From: Salpingoeca rosetta
Taxonomy: Eukaryota; Protista; Choanoflagellata
Length of the DNA stretch: 53,657 bases
Reading direction: 5' to 3'
Assembly: GCA_033442325.1 (NCBI GenBank)
Contig: JAWQFM010000003.1
Coordinates: 2,743,421 to 2,797,077, forward strand
Made by a program: the position numbers and the translations under genes. The notes beneath the pieces were generated by a model that worked only from the letters and a program-made list of their open reading frames with translations, made no database searches and was not told the DNA's origin. Positions 1 through 30,120 of this stretch are shown here, one piece after another; within the stretch, counting starts at the first letter, position 1; every line of letters starts with the position of its first letter.

Positions 1-10
1 TACGTACACG

Positions 11-94
<84 letters not shown>

Positions 95-189
95 AGGAGG
101 GGGAGCGAGAAGCCTGATGGTGACGGTGACTGGTGGTGTTTGCGAGACAGGCAACACCCACGACAAACAACACACTTGTTGGCTGTTAC

Positions 190-259
190 CTGGGTGTGTG
201 AGGAGGAGGATGATGGTGAGGAACACACCAGCCGGTGCCCACCGCAACAAGAGCTGCAT
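190..259 (-). CDS. Probable first coding exon (signal peptide) of a gene continuing off the left edge
   Basis: ATG at 259 reads MQLLLRWAPAGVFLTIILLLTHP, a hydrophobic signal-peptide-like stretch, followed by the donor CAG|GTAAC at 190/189. No homology evidence. Confidence 0.4.
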
Positions 260-707
260 AGCGGTGTCGTGTGTGCGTGCGTGCGTGTGCGTGCGTGCGT
301 TCCTTGAGGCGAGTTGCGTGCTTGGTGTCACCCCCGTCTGCACAGGTGGGGAACAAACAGCCTCTTGCTTCTTGTGTGAGACACAAACACGAATGCAAAA
401 AAACGGTGACATGAAGAATGCGGTGTTGGTGCGGCTGCTCTCAGGCTCTCCTCCTCTTGTGTTGTATTCTGTTTTTATTCTTCTGTGCATGCTGCGCGTC
501 GCTGTCGAGCTTGTGGCTGCGCAAGGCAGAAGGATGGTCGCGTGCATCCAAAACTAGCTCGCACTCTCTGTTGCTGGGCAGAGGCATACTTCTCACTCAA
601 TAATTGTCAAACACTTCAACAAGCAGTTGCTGCTCATGTATCAGTTCCTTTATGAATGTTTTATTATTGACATGAATGTATGTAGTTCTCATCAATCAAA
701 CAAGGTC

Positions 708-1155
708 TCAACCATCATCACCATCTGCTGGCTGAGCTGCTTCTTGCTTCTGCGCGTGCTTCGGATGGCTGCGCGTGACGGTGTACACAGGCAGGTCGAG
801 GTCCAGCAACCCGTGGAACAAAATCGTCCCACACTTCTCCTGCCAAGCGAAAGCGACAAAGCAAGCAACGAAAAACAAAAATAAAAAGCAACGTGAATGT
901 CAGAGCACACGTGCATGCGTACTGTACACCGTGCACCGTGCGCACCGAACGCACGCTCCCACATCCCTTGTGTCCTCTTCAACCAAACGCACCACTGCAA
1001 ACTTGAGCGCCGCTGGTGCGACGGCTGCAGACATAGCACGAAGCTCCTTCAGGGATGGCCTTGGTGCATCATGGCTGCACCACGGCATCGCACATCCGAG
1101 TCAGCAGCATACAAGGCAGACAAACAAGCATTCAAGCACGAAAGCGTGCCCAGGG

Positions 1156-1186
<31 letters not shown>

Positions 1187-2054
1187 TGGTGCATGAAGAG
1201 AGGAGGCGCGGGTGCTTTCAGGCCAGCAAAGTAAAGCACCGCAGCGCATCCTCCACATCCGCCCCCCCCCCTTAACTGGCTCTGTCTTGCCTGCAGGCAA
1301 CACAAGCACAGAGCGCCCTCTTCCTATATCTTTACCTGATGGGAACGACGACAAACTTTGGGACACCAACATTCCCGCGCTTGAAGCGCTTGCTCGCGGT
1401 GTACACGTTGAAGGCGTGTGCAAAGTAGTCTGGCAGGTCATCCTTGTACACCACTTCTTCCTTGTCCAAGTCAGCCTGTGAAGGCACCGTGTGCATGTGT
1501 GCGGCGTGCGTGTGAGTGCATGGGCATGAGAGAGAGCGTGCGTGCGTGCGTGCGTGTGTGTATGTATGTATGTATGTATGTATGTATGTATGTATGTATG
1601 TATGTATGTATGTATGTATGTATGTATGTATGTATGTATGTATGTATGTATGTATGTATGTTTGTTTGTATGCGTGTATGTATATATGTGTGGGTGTATG
1701 TATGCGAGTGCACACGGGCAATGCGTGGATGCGTGGGCGAAGGGATGAGCGGAGTGTGGTGGGGAGCACACATTCGGCACTGTTAGCTCAGTGCGCCGCC
1801 GCACCTGCGTGTGTTCTGGTGGAATTAGGCGTTCCTGCTTGATGACGCGCTGTCGTCGCAGCATCTCGGCTGAAGACACAACGAATGGCGCATTAGAGCC
1901 AGAAGTGTACAGGCGGCGGGGAACGTGAACTGAGGGAGGGGGGGGGGCGGTGCTGCTGGCAGAAAAATTGGGAAGGAATACGGAGGGGAGAGCGTACGAA
2001 CCCGGCCACACGTGCAAGGACACCAGAGCAGGAACACACAAACACACAAACACA

Positions 2055-2105
<51 letters not shown>

Positions 2106-2509
2106 CACGAAAACCCGTGTGTTCAAAAACGTCCGCGTGATGCTTGAGCTCTGCCGCCTCTCAAGTCAGACCGGAGACACACAGGCCTTAAGCCGAAAAG
2201 ACTGTTATAAAAGCTAGAACAATCCGCCGGTGTGATGCGGCTTTAGAGGAAGATTGCCTTTTCGCGCTTAGATCATTACCACTACGGGTGGGCTCGCGGA
2301 GACCCCAACGCCTACAGATGGCATACCGATGGTTAAAAACGCGGCAGAACGGGGCTAGCAGTGCTGGTTGCCATTCTGCTTTCGGGCGCGGTCAAATGAG
2401 CCTCATGACATATCGCTTTACCTTGATCGTTTAGACCTCGTATGCCACCTCGCCCTCCATATTCCTGTGTCCTAACGAGTTTCAATTCATCACAACACAA
2501 CAACACAAC

Positions 2510-2560
<51 letters not shown>

Positions 2561-4805
2561 GAAAGTCGAGGCCGTCGACGGTGTGTGCGAGCGGGGGCGG
2601 GCTGGACCAGTGGGGCGACACGGCGGCTGCAACAGGCGACACAACCTGCTCAAGGTGCGGCGGGAAGGGGAAGACCGTTGACATGTGACGGGACGATCAA
2701 GCCAAATCGAAAGCAGCGATGCACACGCACACGCACACGCACACACACACACACACACACAGGCACAAAAAATATACCCATCCCCTCTTCCACACGCACA
2801 CACTCACACACGCATGCACAGCTGGCTGACCTTGTCGACAAGGGAGAGAACAAAGCTAGCGGCGCGCCCAACAAGCGATTGGGCCTGCTCAGTTGTTTGG
2901 TGCTGGCTCTGGCCATTCGCACTTGCATCCTCATCACCATCACCGCCATGCTCCAACCGCTGTGTGTCCTCACCACCCTCGCCACGCCGCCCAGTCACCC
3001 CATCACCACTGCCTGGCTGCTGCCTCTGTTGCCCGCGCGTGTGCAGAGGGGACTGCAGGGCCCGCATCTGCGCGTTGCAGTGGCTGCGACGCAGGACGAT
3101 GTACCCAAGCCGCTTCAAGTGCGCATACACCTGTGGCAGTGACAACGGCGGTCGTGGGTGTTGTAACGGTGGCAGCGGACGTGGTAGTCATAGCGTGAGT
3201 GCGTGTGCCTGTGTGTGCGTCTGCGTGAGTGCGAGTGCATGTGCGTGTGGGTGTGTGCGTGTGCATGTGTGTGTGCATGTGTGGGTATATGCTGTACTGG
3301 GGGTGTTGACATGCAAGTAGGGCCGCGGAGAGCAATCCCAATGAACTCACGATATATGCGCGCAGGCTGCTGGAGGTGGAGAGGCACAGCGCCATGGCCT
3401 TTCAAGGGAAAAAAAACGATTGGAATGGGTAGTTAACCACAGCACACGCATTTGTTAACCAACCACAGCAACCGTCAATCACACTTCAACGCCTGCTTGG
3501 AACACTCTCCTTCGCACTCATGTGCACCCATATTATGTGCGCACACACCTCTTGAAAGGATAGAGGTGCGTCGTTGTGGTACATTTCCAGGACACCCTGG
3601 AGGAGAGAAGGCACAGGCACAAGGCCGTGAGCGCGCGCGCGCACACACACACTCACACACACACACACGTCTGCTTGACAGCAAGAGGCACGCAATGTGA
3701 ATGCTCAATCTCCACGACCACAGCAAGCAAGGGCATGGCTTGTGATAGCGCTCACCCTGTCCACAAGGAAAAGCGCCTCCTCCGGATACAGCATGTCGCT
3801 GCGGTACTCGCGGTGAAACTGGCCCATCGTCTGTGGGTGTGTTCCCTGAGCGCGGAGCATAGGAACATCAGCGCCACTGGCGTGAGCAAAGCCCAGTCAC
3901 AGGTTATAGTATGGGGGAGGGGCAGCAGCATGGCACAAGCATCAACACGAACCTTGGCCAAGATGACCTGCGCCAAGCCACACTCTGGACGCCAGACTGC
4001 CATGGACATGCGTTTTCTGGCTCAGAAACAAGGAAGCAGGACAAGCACGCGTGCATGCGTGAGTTGTGTCATGTGCGTGTGCGCGTGCACGTGCGTGTGT
4101 GTTTGCTTTGTTGGGTTGAGTGTGCGAGTGTTGTATGTTACGTTGTGTGCGTGTGCGCGTGCGTGTGCGTGTGTGTGTGTTTGTGCGTGTGCATGTGCGT
4201 GTGTGCGAGTGTGCGAGTGTTGTGGATGTGTGCGTATCTGCATGTATGTGTGTGTGTGCGCGCTTACAGTTTGAGCACGCGTTCACACTTGTGCAAGAGG
4301 GTGAACTCGCGCATGGTGGCGTCGAGCCTGTATTCCTGGGTGGAATCCATGGGATCTGGCTGGAAGTCCTTTGGCCCATACCGTGCCTTCTTCGGCTTGA
4401 TCTCTTGTCCTTCATAGCTGCCATCCCCAACAACAAAGCCGACAGCGTCAATAGTCACCCATGCACCAAACACACAAACACACATACACAAAGATTTCAT
4501 ACACAAACGCACACGCACACATCCACAAAGATTTCATACACAAACACACACAAACGCACACACACACACACACATCCACACACAATCACATAGACACAAA
4601 CAAGCTTGCACCCCCCCCACACACACACCCATGTATCCAGCACGCACTGTGGAATGCCGGGGATGATGGTGGGGGTGGTGGTGCTTGGGTGTGGCGAGCC
4701 ATGGCCAGTCTCCCGTTGCGTACTCTGCTCGTCCCCATGGACACTACTGGCCTGCGTGTGCGAGCGCTTGCCCTTCTGCGTGCGCTTTTGCTGCTTCCGG
4801 CCCAT
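708..4805 (-). CDS. TSEN54: tRNA-splicing endonuclease subunit Sen54 (multi-exon; first exon approximate)
   Basis: Exon peptides in the correct order match TSEN54 motifs: GPKDFQPD...ERV (~4270-4415), AVWRPECGLAQV (~3955-4005), MLYPEEALFLVDR (~3755-3800), VYAHLKRLGYIVLR (~3085-3130), FNVYTASKRFKRGNVGVPKFVVV (~1340-1420), PRPSLKELRAMS...LKFAVV (~990-1070). The last exon reads EKCGTILFHGLLDLDLP...DGDDG* with its stop at 708-710. Confidence 0.85.
1561..1660. repeat. (TATG)n tetranucleotide microsatellite in a TSEN54 intron
   Basis: Perfect TATG array seen directly. Confidence 0.95.
2118..2494. other. Intronic insert of atypical composition (candidate solo LTR, small element or ncRNA)
   Basis: High-complexity non-coding stretch between two CA microsatellites. 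It has TGT...ACA ends, TATAAAA at 2206-2212 and a hairpin at 2344-2379. Confidence 0.3.
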
Positions 4806-5163
4806 AGTCGCGGTCCACTGCACGTTACAAAGGCAAAATTGCCTTGTTCCTTGAAGATGTTGCGCCCCAAGCGCAAATTTGCCTTTGAGGACTACCGACC
4901 AACTCGCCACTCAACAAACCAAACCTGCAAACCAAACCCACCCACAACAACACAATAACTACGGTTGGAGGTGGGCGTTGTGGGCGCGTTCGTCGCAGCA
5001 GAGAGGGAGGCATCACAGCGGGCAGCAGCAGCAGCAGCAGCAGTGGGCAGCAGCGGGCAGCAGCGGGCAGCAGCAGCATCCAATCCATCCAACTGCCGGG
5101 TGGCCGTGTGATCCGGCTGGTTGTCGCGCACAGCAACTGTGAAAACACACGGCGACAGCCACC

Positions 5164-18434
<13,271 letters not shown>

Positions 18435-18551
18435 CAGGAGGACGACCTTCGGCTGGTGGAACATGCTTTCTAATGGAACCCTTCGTTTTCGTTGCATTGC
18501 CCTGTTGATGATGGGTTGTCTTTTTCACTTGGTTGCTGCGTTTCGCCCATT

Positions 18552-18640
<89 letters not shown>

Positions 18641-19021
18641 CGTGTTTGTGTGTGTGCGTGATGGGTTGTGCGAGAGGGTGTGGTCTGTGGAAGTGTGTGT
18701 CTGCGGTGTGTGGTGTGAGAAAGAGAGATTAGCTGCCGTGCTCCTGTTACTTGCTGCTTGTCTTGAAGGAGTGACACACCATCAGTTATGTTGTTACAGC
18801 ACCCATCATGGTGATGGGAGTGAATGCACGTGAACATGGAACAAAGAAAGAACAAGCAAACGAGCAAAGAACAAGCAACGTGTCACAACATCACCAATCG
18901 CTGCATGAGACATTGTGCATCATTTCATCGTTTCTGGAGGAGGAGGAAACGGCACACACCACGAAGCAACACAAGCAAGCAAGCAACACAAGCAAGCAAG
19001 CAAGCAAGCAAGCAACTGGCG

Positions 19022-21766
19022 ATGATGACTGGACGACTTGCACTGCAAGGGGTGCTGCGGCAGCGGCTCCTGACACTGCTCGCGATGGTGGCGGTGGTGG
19101 CGGGAGGCCATGCGGTGTGCGCGGATGCAACAATTGTGTTCCCGACACAGGATGGCATTGTTGTGCCTCTGGACGAGCACAACGTCGAGCTGGCGGCAGT
19201 GAAGCCTGGCTGGCTGCGCCTGTCAGTGTTCTCCTCAAACGCCCGCGATGGCGGCCGCGTGCCAACACCAATGGTGAGCGTGGGCCACAACGACACGCCC
19301 GCGTTCTCCTGGTGGCAGGACGACGGCTACGTCATCTTCAGAACAGCGGACGGGCGCCTGGTGCTGGCAGAGAACGGCACAACGTGGGCGCTGCAAGGCC
19401 CCGACAACACCACGATCATGTTGTCCAAGAAGCTGTTGTCCAAGCCGTCCCCAAGCAGCAGCGATCTCCTCTTGCATGTCAACCGCAGCAGCGACGCACA
19501 CGTGTACGGTTGCGGGCGCCTGACCAACACCACCAAAGTGCTGCCGCTGAACTGCTCGCGCGGCCTGCCGCTTGTGTCCGAGTTTGGGTTCCTCTCCTCC
19601 TTTGCCTGGAGCACCGACGGCTTTGCCATGTTTGGGGTTGTGCCAGACAACGACGCGCGGTCGCAGCCATTCCTCAATCTCTCCTGGGCACAAGCCACGG
19701 AGGAGTTTCTCTGGCAGTTCTCGGCGCACCACCCGCGCTTGGACTTGTACCTGGCACCAGCGCCCACCCTGCGCGACGCAGTTGTGCTGCTCTGGAACCT
19801 GACGGGCGCGCCGGGGCTGCTCCCCAGCTACTCGCTCTCCTTCCTCGCTTCAAGGTCTGGCTGGGAGGAGCCGCCGTCCATCAGCAAAGCCGTGGACGAG
19901 TTCTCCTCCGGCCACTTCCCGCTCTCGGCGGTTGTGGCAGACTACGAGTGGTTCTCCCCAGAGTCCGACGCGCAGCTGCCGCCCGAGGGCGCAGCCAACT
20001 TCTCCGACTTTGGCCTCAACCCGGCCGTGCTTCCCGGCGGGCCCAAATTCCTGCAGCAGCTGCGCAGCCAGGGCGTGCACTTCGGCGGCGTGCGGTGGCC
20101 GCGCCTGGGGAACACGGCGCTGCTGCGGGAGGCGGGCTCCCTCGGCTGCCTGTTTCACGAGCCACCGCGGCACCTGCGCTTCAATGACAAGGCGTGCAGG
20201 GAGTGGTACACACGCCAGCTGCAGGCAGACACGCAAGCCGGCGTGTCCTTCTTTTGGAACACGGGAGGGGACTCGGCTTATTACACGTACATGTACTGGG
20301 CGCGGGCTCAGACCAACGCGTTCAAGGATCACATCCCACCCACAACGACCACAACAACAACAACGACAACCACCACAACTACGAGTACGACAACGACCAC
20401 AACGTCAACCACAACAACAAGCACAACAACAACATCAACTACCACTACCACAACGTCAACAACCACAACCACAACCACGAGAAGAACAAGCACAACAAGC
20501 ACAACGAGCACAACAAGCACATCATCATCATCATCATCGACCACGGTGCGGCTTCATCCACAGTTTCACAATAAGACCGCTCAAGCTGAATCGCCCATCG
20601 TGCAATGGCGGGCCTTGCGCACGCGTGCTGGAGAGGGTCAACCCGAGCCCTCTTCTGCCTCGTGCAACGGCACTCATCGGCGACCCTTCAGCCTGAGCAA
20701 CGCGTTTACGCCCGGCATTCAGTCCCTGGGCAACGTGGCCACCACGGGCCGCATTGGCTCGTCATGGGACGACTTGGAGGCAGCGGCAGGAGACATTGTG
20801 GCCTACCTGATGGCGGGAACAGCGTTTGTCTCCGTGGACATTGGCGGCAACTCGCAGGGCACCGTGCCCGATACGCTGCTGGTGCGCTGGTATCAGCTTG
20901 GGTTGTTCACGACCGTGCCCCGGTCAAGTTCGGCACGCACGTCCAGCCCACATTTCCCCTTTGATGCGCAAACGCCGCCAGCGGTGGACGCGATTCGGGC
21001 GGCGATGCGCCTGCGCCAGAGGCTGATGCCGACCATCTACGCCGCCATGGTGTGGCAGCACGTGCTGTTGGAGCCAATGCTTCGCCCGCTGTTGTTTGAG
21101 TTCCCCAACGACGCGGAGGCGGCGCAGACGGCCACGCAATGGCTGCTTGGGTCTGGGCTGATGGTGGCGCCCGTGCTGTCGTCGTCGGACCAAGTGCAGG
21201 TGTACCTGCCTGTCGGCCTGTGGTTCCCGTTCACGCAGACACCAACGTCATCGCCGACCCAGGGCATTGCCGGGCCCACCCACCACGACGTTGTGGCGGA
21301 GCTGGCTGACATCCCGCTGATGGTGCGGGCGGGAACGCTGCTTGCGCTACAGGACGTTGGCAGCTCGCCGTCGCCGCCCGGCTTGCTCACCATCTACGTG
21401 TATGCCGGGCGAAACGCGTCTATTGCAGTAGTGGAGGATGATGGCAAGCACTACTGCGGATCTGGGCGCGTGACGACATTTTCGTGGAATGACGACACGC
21501 TCGTGTTGTCGTGGACACGCACAGCCGCTTCCAGTGGTGGTGGTGGTGGTGGTGGTGGTCGAGTTGGTGATGGTGATGTTACGGGCGAAGCGGAGGCGAA
21601 TTCGGTTTTGTTTCCTGCTGCGTCGCCAGGGTACATTGTGGTGCAGGCCGTGTTATGGCAGAATGGCACTGCACCTATCCAGTCGCATGCGCGGAACATT
21701 GGCCTGTCGGGGTTCCTTGATTTCGCAACCCTGATGTCACCCAACAGCCACAAACGCACACTGTAG
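19022..21766 (+). CDS. Secreted glycoside hydrolase family 31-like protein, intronless, probably catalytically inactive
   Basis: Single ORF with a signal peptide (LLTLLAMVAVVAGGHAVCA). GH31 motifs: LTGAPGLLPSYSLSFLASRSGW, FPLSAVVADYEW, VDIGG, LLVRWYQLGLF, PMLRPLLFEFPND, QWLLGSGLMVAPV, VYLPVGLWF, IPLMVRAGTLL, EDDG. Confidence 0.85.
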   Translation: MMTGRLALQGVLRQRLLTLLAMVAVVAGGHAVCADATIVFPTQDGIVVPLDEHNVELAAVKPGWLRLSVFSSNARDGGRVPTPMVSVGHNDTPAFSWWQDDGYVIFRTADGRLVLAENGTTWALQGPDNTTIMLSKKLLSKPSPSSSDLLLHVNRSSDAHVYGCGRLTNTTKVLPLNCSRGLPLVSEFGFLSSFAWSTDGFAMFGVVPDNDARSQPFLNLSWAQATEEFLWQFSAHHPRLDLYLAPAPTLRDAVVLLWNLTGAPGLLPSYSLSFLASRSGWEEPPSISKAVDEFSSGHFPLSAVVADYEWFSPESDAQLPPEGAANFSDFGLNPAVLPGGPKFLQQLRSQGVHFGGVRWPRLGNTALLREAGSLGCLFHEPPRHLRFNDKACREWYTRQLQADTQAGVSFFWNTGGDSAYYTYMYWARAQTNAFKDHIPPTTTTTTTTTTTTTTSTTTTTTSTTTTSTTTTSTTTTTTSTTTTTTTRRTSTTSTTSTTSTSSSSSSTTVRLHPQFHNKTAQAESPIVQWRALRTRAGEGQPEPSSASCNGTHRRPFSLSNAFTPGIQSLGNVATTGRIGSSWDDLEAAAGDIVAYLMAGTAFVSVDIGGNSQGTVPDTLLVRWYQLGLFTTVPRSSSARTSSPHFPFDAQTPPAVDAIRAAMRLRQRLMPTIYAAMVWQHVLLEPMLRPLLFEFPNDAEAAQTATQWLLGSGLMVAPVLSSSDQVQVYLPVGLWFPFTQTPTSSPTQGIAGPTHHDVVAELADIPLMVRAGTLLALQDVGSSPSPPGLLTIYVYAGRNASIAVVEDDGKHYCGSGRVTTFSWNDDTLVLSWTRTAASSGGGGGGGGRVGDGDVTGEAEANSVLFPAASPGYIVVQAVLWQNGTAPIQSHARNIGLSGFLDFATLMSPNSHKRTL
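20342..20545 (+). repeat. Coding Thr/Ser-rich low-complexity (ACN-codon) tract inside the GH31 protein
   Basis: Translates to about 65 aa of almost pure T/S. Confidence 0.9.
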
Positions 21767-22134
21767 AAACGTTGACTTTGCATGGAGTGCGTGGAACGTG
21801 TGGAGTTTTGCGTGCAGTGTAGTATGAGAGTGTTGTGAGTATATCGAGTGTGCATCGAGTGTGTTGTCGTGTGTGCACTCTCATGTTGAGTGTGCACTGT
21901 CATGTTCATGTTGATGTGAGTGTTGATGTGAGTGTGCGATGTGAGGTGTTGTGCGACCCACAACGCAACGCAGAGATTCAGCACCTGTAAGCGACACCAT
22001 AAATTGAATGAAGAAATGTGTTGACAGCTTTCACTGCATTTCTACACACGAGCCACCAGCCAGTGGAAGAAGCAAAAGCAAGCCAAACCAACCAAGCCAA
22101 GCAAGCCAAGCACAAGAGCATCAACACCACCACC

Positions 22135-22579
22135 ATGTCTTCCTCCTTGCAGACGCTGCTTCGCTCGCTCGGCGAGGCCAGGCTTCGTCAAGTGCCAAGC
22201 TGGGCGATGCAGAACATCAACAAGGAGCGCCTGACCACTATCCTGTCCGAAGCAGCAACATCTTACGGCCGCAAGTACTTCAACAAGGGCAAGGGCGCGC
22301 CCGTCGCTCATGTCATGATTGCGCTCGGCCTCATCGGTTACGCCATCGAGTACCCCCATCTCAAGGGTGCGTTCCCTCCATATGTGTGTTCGTGTTCGTG
22401 TTCGTGTTCGTGTACGTGTACATGTACGTGTACGTGCATGCATGTGCATGTACCTGTGAATGTACCTGTGAATGTACCTGTGAATGTACGCAAGTGTATG
22501 TGTGTGTGTGTGTGCGCGCGCGCGCGCGGTGTTCGAGGTTGGTGCCCGTTGGGGTTTCTCGAGATGCGTCGCTGCAGTT

Positions 22580-22631
<52 letters not shown>

Positions 22632-22844
22632 GCAGTGGACAGTGCTGTGATGGGTGAACGGGTTTGAACCACGTACACACCTTCATGCACGTGTGGCATG
22701 GGGCGTTCACGATGCCAGTTGGAGGCTGCTTGAGGGTGGGGGTGTTGACGTTCCCCAGTTTGCAAGAACTAACGTGCGTGTAATGGTTTGTGTTGTGCTT
22801 GGACGGTTTTTTTAGAGAGCCAACGCCAGAGGAAATACCACTAG
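22135..22844 (+). CDS. ATP5MF: Mitochondrial ATP synthase subunit f (2 exons: 22135-22366, 22816-22844)
   Basis: Reads LGEARLRQVPSW...YGRKYFNKGKGAPVAHVMIALGLIGYAIEYPHLK, spliced to ESQRQRKYH*. This matches the subunit f pattern, including the conserved RKYH C-terminus. Confidence 0.9.
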
Positions 22845-23321
22845 GCAGGAGAAGGGACCATGCGGATGTGATGTCGCGGTGTTTTTTTTACGTTCACTCG
22901 GTGCCTCGCCCTACCGTGGAGAAGACGTGACACAGCCTGTTGCCCGCTCTATTGTGCACGTAGCGGCGCGGTTATGCGCCCAGTGCGCGCGTGCTTGGAT
23001 GTGTACGTGTGTTTGTGAGGGTGCGGGCGTGCTTGTCACTTTGCCGTGCTTTCACAGTGGCTGTCTCTTTGTGTTAAGTGGCTTTTTCGTGTTGTGTGCT
23101 GATGCTCACTGTTCCGTTCGTTGGCGGTCGGTGATTGTGTGTTAGACGTTGTCAGTCGTTTATGTGACCATTACAATACATGCTCGTCAAAGTTGTGCAG
23201 GGAAGAGGCTGCTATCGAGCCAGCAATAGTGTTTGCGATCGCGAGTGTGTCTGCGAGTGCCAGTGTGAGTGCAAGGTTGTGCCACAGTGGACACAAGCGT
23301 TTGCGTTCACATCAAACTGTG

Positions 23322-28828
<5,507 letters not shown>

Positions 28829-29076
28829 CTCCAAAACCTGCCTAACACGATTTTGACCCACCTGCGGCCCTGCCTGCCTTTTTTTCTGGGCATCACCACC
28901 TTCTTTTTGCCAGTGCTTGCAAGCAACATACCTCCCGCCACCTCTGCTGCGTGTTGTGTTTGTGGGATGTTTGCGTTTGTTTGTTGGCAGCAGCGAGGTT
29001 CGAGACACTTTTCTCCCGCTTTTGGCTTCTTCGCAGTGCACAACAAGCAAGCAAAAGGCAGCGAGAAGAACCACGC

Positions 29077-29107
<31 letters not shown>

Positions 29108-29807
29108 GACCACCCAACACCAGCAGCCACCAAGACGCGTTCTTGCGCGTGGGTTGTGTTGTGGGTGTGAGCCACACTGACCAGCACAGAGGGTTCTGCC
29201 TCTCGGCTTTCCTGTGTGCTCCCTTTTTTGACCTACCACCACACACGCTCACTTCTTTGTGTGTGCTCGTGTGTGTGTGTGTGTGATTGCCTTCTCACTG
29301 CAATCACAACAACAGCACGCGTCGTTGACGTTGTTGTTGACTGCTTGTTGTGGTTCCTCACACTTTGCTGAACTAACTCAGCGTTCCATTCCAACCTTTT
29401 GTCTCTTGTTGCGTGCATGTTTGCACGTTGTTCATTCACCAATCCACTCTCGTGCGACAAGCGTTGGCTGTTTCTTCCCTTCGTCCATCAACTTACCAAA
29501 GGGGAGCCACGCGCTGGGGGGTTTGCTCATCTGTACCCCTTCAGCTTCCCCCCCCCTTTCTCTTCTTGACTTGGGGTGGTTCATCTCCCCTTGACTTTAT
29601 TCTGACGCTGCGGCCCGACCGTCGGACAGCAGACACATGAAGTGCATCATGCCGATGCACACCCTTGACTCTTTTTCCCCGGTCTCAACAAGGTTCGTCA
29701 ACAGCACGACGACGTCGCGATCGATCGCACACACAACACAAAAGCACGATACACCCCTACTTCCCTCCCTCCTTCTGCACTGCTTCCCTTCCTCCTCGTG
29801 TTTAGTG

Positions 29808-29981
<174 letters not shown>

Positions 29982-30120
29982 GCACGCACGCACACACACA
30001 CAATAGATCACCACATTCTCTTTGCCCTCCCCGCCCCCCTTCTACCCAAACCTGACTTGCTCACAGCCATTTCTCACGCCCCCACCCACCCACATTTTTC
30101 GACCACACCTTGCGTGCAGC

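Noticed and set aside
18824-19021. Upstream extension of the GH31 ORF
   Set aside because: It starts at GTG and includes (GCAA)n repeats. The signal peptide follows the ATG at 19022, so this is probably 5' UTR.
30022-30120. ORF-track start of the 5726-aa ORF
   Set aside because: It starts at TTG. The first ATG at 30121 directly precedes the signal peptide.
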